IMG/VR virus record: IMGVR_UViG_3300006903_000014
Location: 1 to 55,018 of that record
Source of the DNA: a virus
Lineage: Duplodnaviria; Caudoviricetes
DNA: 55,018 nucleotides
Strand: one strand, 5' to 3'
Shown here: piece by piece, positions 18,210 through 25,565 of the stretch
Position numbering within the stretch: position 1 is the stretch's first letter
Layout: each line of letters starts with the position of its first letter
Position numbers and translations under genes: made by a program
Notes under the pieces: generated by a model
The model's input: the letters and a program-made list of their open reading frames with translations, nothing else
Told to the model about the DNA's origin: nothing
Database searches by the model: none

Positions 18210-18382
18210 TCGAATCCCCACGGGACGTCGAATCCCACGGCACCATCGCCATCGGGCGGCGGTGACGGCCGGCTCAGGTCCGCGAATGGTCCGAGGGGCG
18301 TCGGTCCCGCGTCCCGCAGGCAGACGCCGCAGGTGAGGCGGTCGTCGCAGCGGCAGTCGGCCCGCTTGCAGTAGCCCCTCAT
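18206..18382 (-). CDS. Small Cys-rich protein
   Basis: ATGA overlap; CKRADCRC...CGVC. Confidence 0.5.
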   Translation of the reverse strand: MRGYCKRADCRCDDRLTCGVCLRDAGPTPLGPFADLSRPSPPPDGDGAVGFDVPWGFE

Positions 18383-18762
18383 AGTCGCCCCTCGATAGAG
18401 AACTCTGGCAGCGGGTGTCCGTCCTCGCAGGACCAGAGGTGGAGGCAGTACGGGTGGATGTTCACGTAGCGGTCCCGCGGGGGAATCACCTGGACCGCAT
18501 AGCGCTCCCTGCCGAGGAACAGCTCCTTGACCGCGACGACCTCCGTCCAGTTGGGCAGCCTGTCGGGGCGCGCGAGCGACAGGTGAATCCAGCGCCTCCC
18601 GTCCCCCGGACGGCGCCCGGAGATGATGACGCTGAGCTGGTCGTGGCGGAGGTAGCGGCGGCCGTCCCCCTTCTCCTCGACGACCCGCCAGTTGTGCGGC
18701 AGGATCAGCGGCAGCACCGACCGACAGTCCCACGCCCCCGGCGGAAGCTCCTGGCCGCTCAT
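18379..18762 (-). CDS. DUF7694-like phage protein
   Basis: WIHLS..R.DRLP.W.E...VK..F.G....AVQ..P....YVNIHP.CLHLW. Confidence 0.75.
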   Translation of the reverse strand: MSGQELPPGAWDCRSVLPLILPHNWRVVEEKGDGRRYLRHDQLSVIISGRRPGDGRRWIHLSLARPDRLPNWTEVVAVKELFLGRERYAVQVIPPRDRYVNIHPYCLHLWSCEDGHPLPEFSIEGRL

Positions 18763-19109
18763 CCGATCACCGGCCTGGCGGAGACCGGCACCAGCGGGTC
18801 GTCGGCGAAGTCGAACGCCGGGCGGCTGGTGCCGTCCGGGAATACGACCTCGATCGGCGAGAGATTGAAGAGTCCCCCGCTGGTGTAGTCGCAGGGTCCC
18901 GCGCCGGGCACGAACGCCTCCCTGGAGACGGGCAAGTTGCGGCCGACGCAGCTGTAGGCCACCCCTCCCTCCGTGAAGCCGGCGGCCCTATAGTCGAGCA
19001 CCGAGGCCACGTGTTGGCAGGACGGGCATCGGAAGCGCCACGCCATCGGGTCGAGCCCATAACGCCGCGTGCCGGCGGCGACCCACTCTGAGTGCTCGAT
19101 TCTTCTCAT
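18759..19109 (-). CDS. VVA0879-like conserved phage Zn protein
   Basis: W.F.CP.C.H...DY...SC.GR...CDY..GGLF...FDFA. Confidence 0.7.
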   Translation of the reverse strand: MRRIEHSEWVAAGTRRYGLDPMAWRFRCPSCQHVASVLDYRAAGFTEGGVAYSCVGRNLPVSREAFVPGAGPCDYTSGGLFNLSPIEVVFPDGTSRPAFDFADDPLVPVSARPVIG

Positions 19110-19246
19110 CGACGGGATCGCTCCGCGATGACGATGTTGATCAGTCCGCCTAGCGCCCAGACCAGAAGGCGCGGGTGGTGGAGCAGCGCGACGACCGACG
19201 GGATCACGATCATCAGCGTGCCCAGCAGCCAGCCGAGACCCCGCAT
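19106..19246 (-). CDS. Small two-helix membrane protein
   Basis: GAGGAG RBS; hydrophobic. Confidence 0.5.
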   Translation of the reverse strand: MRGLGWLLGTLMIVIPSVVALLHHPRLLVWALGGLINIVIAERSRR

Positions 19247-19262
19247 GACGGCGACGTTCTCC

Positions 19263-19982
19263 TCATCCACGGCCGCCGCCGATCCACGGCTCCGCGGCCG
19301 CCAGGAACCGATGCACCTTGTCCAGGTCGAACTGCTGGTCATCGTCCGAGCGCAGACGGGTCTCCGCGTCGATCCAGAGGCGCTGGGTCGCCGGCACGTG
19401 CGCCGCGAGCCTGCCGAGCTGCTCGCCGACGTTCTCCGGCGACAGCCCGCCCGCGTAGCCCACGTAGCCCGCGCCGGGGAGCGGCCAGAAGTCGGGCAGG
19501 ATCCCGGCCCCGCCCGAGCGGTCGTAGAGCGGAGCGACGCGCAGGCCCCAATCCTGAAAACGCCTGAGCTTGTCGTCGTTCACGCCGTCGACCTGGACGA
19601 CGTAGCCGCCCCACGGCTGCAGGGCCTGGAGCGCGGGCGCGGCCTCTCCGGGCTGGACGTCGTGGAGGCTCGCGTGGAAGTTGAGCTGGATGCGGTCGAA
19701 GCGGCCGGCGATGGTCGGCCTCATCTGCGCGAAGTCGTCTCCCCCGAGCAGGAGGGCCCGCACCCAGCGCCCGCACAGGTGGCCGCTGATCCCGCCCGGC
19801 GAGCGCGGGCCGCCGAGGAACGCCTGGATCCACTTGGTCGTGGGGAATCGCGGCGACCCCTCCTGCGACTTGGAGAGCAGGATCCCCCACTCGACGAACG
19901 GGAAGCGCCGCTGCAGCGTCCAGAGCGCCTCGGGCCCAACGCTGTCGTCCGCCCCCGTGACGGTGACTCTATCCAGGATCAT
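19263..19982 (-). CDS. Phosphoribosylanthranilate-isomerase-like (TrpF-like) TIM-barrel protein
   Basis: TVTGADD, EWGILLS, HLCG, RIQLNF, L.D.SGG.G, GYAGGL.PENV, WID.E. Confidence 0.8.
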   Translation of the reverse strand: MILDRVTVTGADDSVGPEALWTLQRRFPFVEWGILLSKSQEGSPRFPTTKWIQAFLGGPRSPGGISGHLCGRWVRALLLGGDDFAQMRPTIAGRFDRIQLNFHASLHDVQPGEAAPALQALQPWGGYVVQVDGVNDDKLRRFQDWGLRVAPLYDRSGGAGILPDFWPLPGAGYVGYAGGLSPENVGEQLGRLAAHVPATQRLWIDAETRLRSDDDQQFDLDKVHRFLAAAEPWIGGGRG

Positions 19983-20281
19983 CGCGCACCTCCGATCGGC
20001 CTTCCCTTGTCGAAGTTCTTGTGGCAGTCGTCACAGAGCAGCACGTAGTCGCGCAGGTGGCGACGTACATCCGCGAGCGTCTCCCAGCTCCCGCGAGACC
20101 TGCCGCTGACGCCCGTCGGCCTCAGGTGGGCGAACTCGAGATAGTCCTCTCTGCTGCAGGCCACGCAGCGGCCGCCGCCCAGGATCTGCCGGAGTCGCTC
20201 GCGCAGCCGGCGGATGCATCGGCGTCGCCTGTCCTCGTAGCGGAGGAGCGCGGCCGTCGACGCGTCGCGCTCGGCGCTCAA
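19979..20281 (-). CDS. HNH endonuclease-like protein
   Basis: TTGA overlap; LGG.RC..C...LEFAH...LLC..CH. Confidence 0.75.
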   Translation of the reverse strand: MSAERDASTAALLRYEDRRRRCIRRLRERLRQILGGGRCVACSREDYLEFAHLRPTGVSGRSRGSWETLADVRRHLRDYVLLCDDCHKNFDKGRPIGGAR

Positions 20282-20634
20282 CGGGCCCCGCCCTCGCGCC
20301 GGCCGTCGAGCCAGCGCTGGATCAGCTCCCGACTGGCGGCCGCCACGTCGCGCGAGCCGGACGTCTTCTTGCCGAGCCAGACGCCCAGCTTGCTCGCGAA
20401 GGTGCCCGGCTTGACGAAGCGCGCCGGCTCGGCGCGCAGGTAGAGCTGCCACGCGGGCCGCACCGCGTCCCACCCATATCGCTCGACGACGCGGCGCAGG
20501 GACCCGGCGATCTCGCCGCCGGGGGCCGTCGCCTCCCCGAACACCGCGTTCCAGTCGTCGCACGCCTCCTGCACCCACGCCGCCCCCCTCCTGACCACCT
20601 TCGCCCCCCGGGTTGGCATGTCTCTCGCTACCAT
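20278..20634 (-). CDS. Short protein resembling only the C-terminal helical domain of phage replication initiators
   Basis: GGAGG RBS; W...F...L...VE.YG...V..AW..YL....FVKP.TF...L..WL pattern; position upstream of the G39P-like gene. Confidence 0.55.
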   Translation of the reverse strand: MVARDMPTRGAKVVRRGAAWVQEACDDWNAVFGEATAPGGEIAGSLRRVVERYGWDAVRPAWQLYLRAEPARFVKPGTFASKLGVWLGKKTSGSRDVAAASRELIQRWLDGRREGGAR

Positions 20635-20639
20635 CCCTC

Positions 20640-21240
20640 CGTCGTAGGACGCCGGTGAGTAGCGGACCTCACTTGCTCCGCGCGGACGAGGCTCGACCCC
20701 TCAGGGTCTCGTCCGCGCGGAAGCGTCGGCGCCGTACGAGCACGGCCCCACCGCACGCGCCCCGCGGACGGCGTCGTCCGCCGCGGGAGGTCGCTACTTA
20801 ATGGTCCGACGCGCGGACCAGGAGAGAAGGCATCCGACCTGCGAGCGCCCCGGGACCGTCTCCCCACCCCCACAGAGGTCCCGTTTTTGAGAACCCGCGG
20901 GGCGCTGCCGTTGACCGCCCGCCCCGCGAGAGAGGAATGGCGCGCCCGGAGGCCAGGGACCGACCGTCCACGTACCACTCGCGGAGCTTGGAAGTTTTCC
21001 GCAGCAGGGGCGTGGCTGGCGGCGGGGGGCAGACCGCGCGCGCGCCGCGACCTTCGCGGGCACTCATCTCGGCGAGGTGACGGTCGGTCTCTGGCATCCA
21101 GGCGTACCTGCGGTTGGGGCTTGACCGGTGGGGGTGCGCCGGATATAGTGGCGGGCATCCCGCTCGCCTCTGCGATCCCGGCGGCCTCGGACTGAATCTC
21201 CGAGGTCGCCGCCCCTCCCTCGCGACCTTCCCGCGGACGA
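20640..21240. ncRNA. Large structured non-coding element (putative primer/leader RNA or origin)
   Basis: Nested inverted repeats: 20658-70/20787-98, 20677-90/20708-21 (14 bp), 20802-20, 20844-51/20899-906, 20952-68/21079-95 (17 bp), 21179-21211. Confidence 0.6.
21121..21149 (+). promoter_or_regulatory. Sigma70-type promoter, antisense to the phage operon
   Basis: TTGACC-N17-TATAGT. Confidence 0.7.
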
Positions 21241-21241
21241 C

Positions 21242-21294
21242 AAGATAGCGCCCTTTGGTAGAATGGTCCAGCGGAATCTCGAAATTGGTAGAAT
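21242..21294 (-). promoter_or_regulatory. Sigma70-type promoter with a 10-bp direct repeat
   Basis: TGGACC(21270-65)-N17-TATCTT(21247-42); ATTCTACCAA at 21255-64 and 21285-94. Confidence 0.6.
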
Positions 21295-21382
21295 CGCCCA
21301 CCGCGGGGCCGCGCAGGATCCTCCCTGACGCAACGTGGGCGCCGCTGGCGCGATCGGCGGGGCGGCGCCTGCTCTCGAGCCA

Positions 21383-22168
21383 TCAGCGCCTCCGCGCGCC
21401 CCTGACGGTCGACTTGGGACGCTCGAAGATGCGTACGCCGGCCAGCTCGCGCGTCCCGCTCTCGACGGCCGCGCGGATCAGCCGCGGGTCGGGGCTGCAG
21501 TAGCGCCGCTCGACCTGGTCGGGCTGCTGGATCTCGAAGTCCCAGACCATCCCGCTCGAGACGCTCCCGGAGTCCGTCTTGACGCCCGTGGGGATCGGTG
21601 GCGCCAGGGTCTCACGATGGGCGGCCGCCGCCTGCAGGTGAGCCCGCCGCTCGCCGGCCGCCGCCGCCACGCGTTCCTCCGCGGTCTTGGCCTCGAGCTT
21701 GCGCGCCGCCTCCAGGCGCTCCTGCTCCTGCGCCGCCTGCTCCCGGCGCCTGGCCTCCGCCTGCTGCTCGGCGCGACGCAGCGCGATCGCGGAGAGGGCC
21801 GCCTCCGTCTTCCGCTTGGCGTTGAGCTTCACGGCCTCCAATCGTCTCACGACCGGGTCGACCGCGGCCCGCAGGCGCGTCTCGATCCCGCGGACGGGCC
21901 CGAGCACCCTGTCCCTCGCGCGTTCCGCGACCTTGACGCCGCGGTGAGCCAGCGCCGCGATCTCGCCCGCGGACGTCTCGGCGCCCTCGGCCTCGGGGTC
22001 GATCGCCTCCAGCCTGGCCTCGAGCCGAGCGGCTCCGGCCGCCAGGCGCTCCAGGATGGCGACGCCGCCCATCACCCCCACGGCGACGGACTCCGACATT
22101 CCCGCCGTGAGCTCCGGTCCAGCGACGCGCGCCACGCCCGTCTCGGTCACCGTGCTATCCTCTGGCAT
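21383..22168 (-). CDS. Coiled-coil recombination-module protein (Gp157-like C-terminus)
   Basis: Long Ala/Glu/Arg coiled coil; C-terminal WDFEI..PD.V.R.YC.PD...I..AV..G..E..GVRIFE. Confidence 0.7.
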   Translation of the reverse strand: MPEDSTVTETGVARVAGPELTAGMSESVAVGVMGGVAILERLAAGAARLEARLEAIDPEAEGAETSAGEIAALAHRGVKVAERARDRVLGPVRGIETRLRAAVDPVVRRLEAVKLNAKRKTEAALSAIALRRAEQQAEARRREQAAQEQERLEAARKLEAKTAEERVAAAAGERRAHLQAAAAHRETLAPPIPTGVKTDSGSVSSGMVWDFEIQQPDQVERRYCSPDPRLIRAAVESGTRELAGVRIFERPKSTVRGARRR

Positions 22169-22244
22169 TCGCCTCGTCTCCTCTCGCGGAGCCCCCGGCC
22201 CGGGGTCGCCGCCCTCGGGCCGGGGGCCGGCGGGCTCCGCCGCC

Positions 22245-23267
22245 TCAGTCCTCGTCCGGGAACAGCTCCATCGCCGCGCGTTCCAGCTCATCGGCGGGCG
22301 CAGGTTGGGGGGCTGAAGCTGGCTCCGGCGGCGGCTGGGAGGCCGCAGGCGGCGACGGCGCGGCCTTTCTTGGCTTCGGCTCGGTCGCCTTCTCCGGCTC
22401 GCGCTTCGCGTCATCCTGGCCCGTCGCCGCCCCGGCCTGGACCTGCTCGGGCGTCAGGCTCGCCGGCCTGACCACCTCGGGACCGGCCTCGCGCGCCGTG
22501 GAGAAGATCTCCTCGAGCGTGGCCTCCTTGTCGACGGTAACCGCCGTCTTGATGCCCGTCAGCGTGATCAGGTCGTCCACGTCGACGTCCGCCAGCCCCG
22601 GCCGGTCGAGGAGCTTGAGCACCGCGGCCTGGTCGTAGCCCTTAGTGGCGAACCAGGCGAAGGCGCGCTCGCGCCGCTTCTCGATGGTCATCCCCTTGCC
22701 GGTCGAGACGTCCTTCGCCTTCTCCAGGATCCTGCTCACCACCGGCGACGGGATCACGTTGAAGACGGCGTTGCGATACGCGATCGCGCTGGCCGCCATC
22801 GTCGTGACGTTGATCATGTCGTCGCTGTAGCGCCGCCCGTCGCTGTTGCGGATCCCGCGGGTGACGTCGACGCCCACACGCAGGTTCTTCTCCAGGTCCC
22901 AGGCGACCCCGCGCACCGTAACGACCTTCTCCCCCGCGCCGAGCGGCGTCGTGGCCGCGTGGATGTTGCCCCAGCTCGAGGCCATGATGCGCGCCAGGTG
23001 TACCGACGGGCCCTCGATGTTCTTAGTCTTGCCCTTCTTGTCCTTCCGCGGGAGCCGGTAGTAGCACATCGAGGCCGTGTCCTCGTCCATCGTCGCGAGC
23101 AGCTCCGCCTCCTTGAGGCAGAGGTCGACGCTGCGCGGGAATCGCTTCGCCGTCGCGATCTGCACGTCTATCTCGGCCCGGCTGATCGTGGAGAGCGCGG
23201 TCGCGTCGACCTCGTCCGCGCCGACCGGCTCGACGACCTCGGCCTCCAACGTCCTCGCCTTCGACAT
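22245..23267 (-). CDS. Putative single-strand annealing/recombination protein
   Basis: RAEIDVQIATAKRFPRS, YRLPR...IEGPSV.LA....WGNI, AWDLEKN, AYRNA; downstream of the exonuclease. Confidence 0.7.
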   Translation of the reverse strand: MSKARTLEAEVVEPVGADEVDATALSTISRAEIDVQIATAKRFPRSVDLCLKEAELLATMDEDTASMCYYRLPRKDKKGKTKNIEGPSVHLARIMASSWGNIHAATTPLGAGEKVVTVRGVAWDLEKNLRVGVDVTRGIRNSDGRRYSDDMINVTTMAASAIAYRNAVFNVIPSPVVSRILEKAKDVSTGKGMTIEKRRERAFAWFATKGYDQAAVLKLLDRPGLADVDVDDLITLTGIKTAVTVDKEATLEEIFSTAREAGPEVVRPASLTPEQVQAGAATGQDDAKREPEKATEPKPRKAAPSPPAASQPPPEPASAPQPAPADELERAAMELFPDED

Positions 23268-23269
23268 CT

Positions 23270-23560
23270 CTAGACCTCCTCCTCCGAGCGGCGCCGCGGG
23301 CCCCTCGGCATCCTGTTCTTCGGGTCCCCGGCCTTTCGGCCGCGGCGGGACATCACGATATGTTCGACGCGCCGGATCTCCGCGCGCGTCGCCTCCACGA
23401 CGGCCCCCCTGTCGATCGCGCCGAAGTCTCGGCGCCGGTCGAGCGAGTCGAGGTAGTCGAACAGCAGCACGAGCGATCGCCTCGGGTCAGGCTTCGCGGC
23501 GAGCCCGCGCATGTAATCGACCTCGTCGGCCGTCGTCCAGGCGAGGACCTCCTCGCTCAA
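23270..23560 (-). CDS. Hypothetical protein
   Basis: TTGA overlap; WTT.DE..Y..GL...L..Y.....RR.DFG.ID. Confidence 0.55.
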   Translation of the reverse strand: MSEEVLAWTTADEVDYMRGLAAKPDPRRSLVLLFDYLDSLDRRRDFGAIDRGAVVEATRAEIRRVEHIVMSRRGRKAGDPKNRMPRGPRRRSEEEV

Positions 23561-23832
23561 CTGCGGGCCTTGACGTGCGCGGCCTGCACACGCGCCGAGA
23601 ACGTCGCCGCCGCGAGGGACATCCTCCGCAGGGACTCGACGGGCAGCGGGAAGGCGTCGACGAACAGGCACCACCGCGCGAGCGCCTCCTCGATCGCCTC
23701 GCACTGCCGGGCGAACAGCTCCGGGCCCGCGGCCGCCTGGAGCTGGCGCGCCAGGTCCGCGACGGGCATGCAGCCCCGCCTGCCCGCCCTCGGCGGACGC
23801 GGCGCGAGGTGGCCGTGCTTGGGGCGCCTCAC
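23557..23832 (-). CDS. Hypothetical protein
   Basis: GTGA overlap. Confidence 0.45.
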   Translation of the reverse strand: MRRPKHGHLAPRPPRAGRRGCMPVADLARQLQAAAGPELFARQCEAIEEALARWCLFVDAFPLPVESLRRMSLAAATFSARVQAAHVKARS

Positions 23833-24110
23833 GTGGTCTGCCCCGGCCCCTGGCGCCGCATGGACTCGAGCGCGGCGAGCGCCAGCGCGCCTATCTGAGC
23901 GAAGCGGAGCCGCGAGTCGTACGTGCCCATCCCGATCTCCTGATTCAGCGCCAGCGCGTAGTGGAGAATCAGGTCGCACCACTCGGAGGGCGTGTGCCCG
24001 TCGTCGTGGGCCTCGGCCCATCGGTCTCGCTGCCGCGCGCGCTCCACCAGGACCTGGATCATCGCCCAGCCGGCGGGCGTCCTCTCCTCGACCGGCACCT
24101 GCAGCCTCAT
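23829..24110 (-). CDS. MazG-like all-alpha protein
   Basis: V..ER.RQ...W...HDD.H...EW...I...QIGALA.AA.E. Confidence 0.65.
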   Translation of the reverse strand: MRLQVPVEERTPAGWAMIQVLVERARQRDRWAEAHDDGHTPSEWCDLILHYALALNQEIGMGTYDSRLRFAQIGALALAALESMRRQGPGQTT

Positions 24111-24373
24111 TCTGTTCCCTCCGCCAGGCCGGCGACGTCGTCGCTGTACCAGCGCTCCATCTCGTCCGCGAGCGCCAGCGCCTCGAGCACCTTGGCGCGC
24201 TGCCGCTTGCTCGCCCCGGAGAACCCGCCGTTGGCGCCGAGGTAGCGGTCGCACCACTCCCGAATCGTGCCCGGCGCATGCTGGTCCCTGGCGAGCAGCA
24301 CGAATATCGGTTCGTCCGCCCGCGCCCTGCCCAGGCAGCTCCGCGGGTCCCTCAGCTCCATGCTCTTCTTCAA
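24107..24373 (-). CDS. Conserved phage hypothetical protein
   Basis: CL.RA..DEPIFVLLARD..AP..IR.W...A..ME.W. Confidence 0.75.
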   Translation of the reverse strand: MKKSMELRDPRSCLGRARADEPIFVLLARDQHAPGTIREWCDRYLGANGGFSGASKRQRAKVLEALALADEMERWYSDDVAGLAEGTE

Positions 24374-25251
24374 TCGGTCCCCCCTCCGCGTCGCCCGTTC
24401 ACGAACGGGCAGTCAGACCAGAACTCGCACCAGCGCGGCGCGCACCACCAGGAGAGCGCCGGGTCCGCCGGTACGAATACGCCCCGCTTCACCGCCGCGA
24501 CCGCCACGTTGATTCGCCTGACCAGGGCCGCCACGTCCCTGGCGTCGCGCGTCGTCTCCAGGGGAACGTGTCGCCTCAGGCCGCGCCCCGGCGTCCTGAC
24601 CAGGTAGTCGAGGACGTACTTGCCGGGGAGCGCGCCCGTCTCGGCCGAGCGGATCATTCCGTACATCGTGAGCTGCTGGCTCCGCTCGGCCGCCGAGGCG
24701 GCCGGACTCTTCTCCGACGTCTTGGCGTCCCGGATCACCTCGACCGTCTCCTGCTCCTCGAGCCCGAGCGAGGCGCGGAGCTGACCGACCAGGCTCACCG
24801 ATGCCGGCTCCCGCGTGATCACATCCATGGTCCCGTGGACCACGAGATCGGAGTCTCGCGGTCTGACGATGACCTTGCGCTCGACCGCCACGACGTCCAG
24901 CGTCGGCGCTACAACCTTGGCGTACAGGCCACCCAGGTCCACCGCGAAGTCCTTGGCCGCGTCGACGTCGTCGGGCCGCGCCTCCCCATCGACCGCGTCC
25001 CCGCTCGGCGTGATCCCGTCCTGGACCTCGCGCTCGAAGGCGTCGGCGGCGACGTCCTCGGCCTCCTCGACGCTCATCACGGCTGCGTCCATGCGGCGCA
25101 GGTTCGCCTCCCGCGCGGCGGCGTGGACGGCCGTCCCGCGCGCCTGCGGCAGGGTCCGGGGCCGGCGCTCGCCCTCGATGTGTCGCCGCCTGAACATCTC
25201 CCCGCAGCGCTGCAGGTCGGTGAGGGCGGAGTTGTTCCACTCCTGGCTCAT
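24370..25251 (-). CDS. Cas4-like/RecB-family PD-(D/E)xK exonuclease
   Basis: ATG 25251; N-terminal C, GTAVH, GTMD, IRDAKT, QLTMY, C..RWCEFWSDC Fe-S cysteines. Confidence 0.88.
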   Translation of the reverse strand: MSQEWNNSALTDLQRCGEMFRRRHIEGERRPRTLPQARGTAVHAAAREANLRRMDAAVMSVEEAEDVAADAFEREVQDGITPSGDAVDGEARPDDVDAAKDFAVDLGGLYAKVVAPTLDVVAVERKVIVRPRDSDLVVHGTMDVITREPASVSLVGQLRASLGLEEQETVEVIRDAKTSEKSPAASAAERSQQLTMYGMIRSAETGALPGKYVLDYLVRTPGRGLRRHVPLETTRDARDVAALVRRINVAVAAVKRGVFVPADPALSWWCAPRWCEFWSDCPFVNGRRGGGTD

Positions 25252-25298
25252 GGTAGACCTGAATATAAGTCGGTGCCCGGTCGGGTGTGGTCCGGACC

Positions 25299-25529
25299 CT
25301 AGCGCTTTTTCTTGGAGGGGCGGCGCGGCGGACCGGCATTCTCGGCCAGGAGCTGCAGGTGCCGGGCCCGGCCCTCGGGGATCATCACGGCGCCGGTCTC
25401 GTAGCGGCTGATCTGGACGGCGCCGCGCATCCCGAGCATCTCGGCGAGGCGCGCCTGGCTCACGCCGAGCCGCTCCCGGAGCGCGCGGAACTCGGCCGGC
25501 GACATGGTCGACTCGACGGTGGCTGACAT
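25299..25529 (-). CDS. XRE-family HTH transcriptional regulator (Cro-like, no peptidase domain)
   Basis: FRALRERLGVSQARLAEMLG...ISRYETG...IP. Confidence 0.9.
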   Translation of the reverse strand: MSATVESTMSPAEFRALRERLGVSQARLAEMLGMRGAVQISRYETGAVMIPEGRARHLQLLAENAGPPRRPSKKKR

Positions 25530-25536
25530 TGCGTTC

Positions 25537-25565
25537 AAGATAACACCCCCCCCTCGTTACTTCAA
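25537..25565 (-). promoter_or_regulatory. Promoter giving a leaderless mRNA for the HTH regulator
   Basis: TTGAAG-N17(contains G8 and TG extension)-TATCTT, 7 nt before ATG 25529. Confidence 0.6.

Noticed and set aside
21179-21211. tRNA-Phe-like anticodon arm (CUGAA loop)
   Set aside because: No D arm, TpsiC arm or acceptor stem; treated as an antisense-type hairpin
20798-21301. 167-aa minus-strand ORF and other ORFs in the structured region
   Set aside because: No RBS, low-complexity product, and they overlap promoters and stems
24370-25251. Cas4 as evidence of CRISPR-Cas
   Set aside because: No repeat-spacer array or other cas genes; sits in a recombination module with an annealase-like gene
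25252-25295. Promoter upstream of the exonuclease (TATATT at 25262-67)
   Set aside because: No acceptable -35 at 16-18 bp and no TG extension
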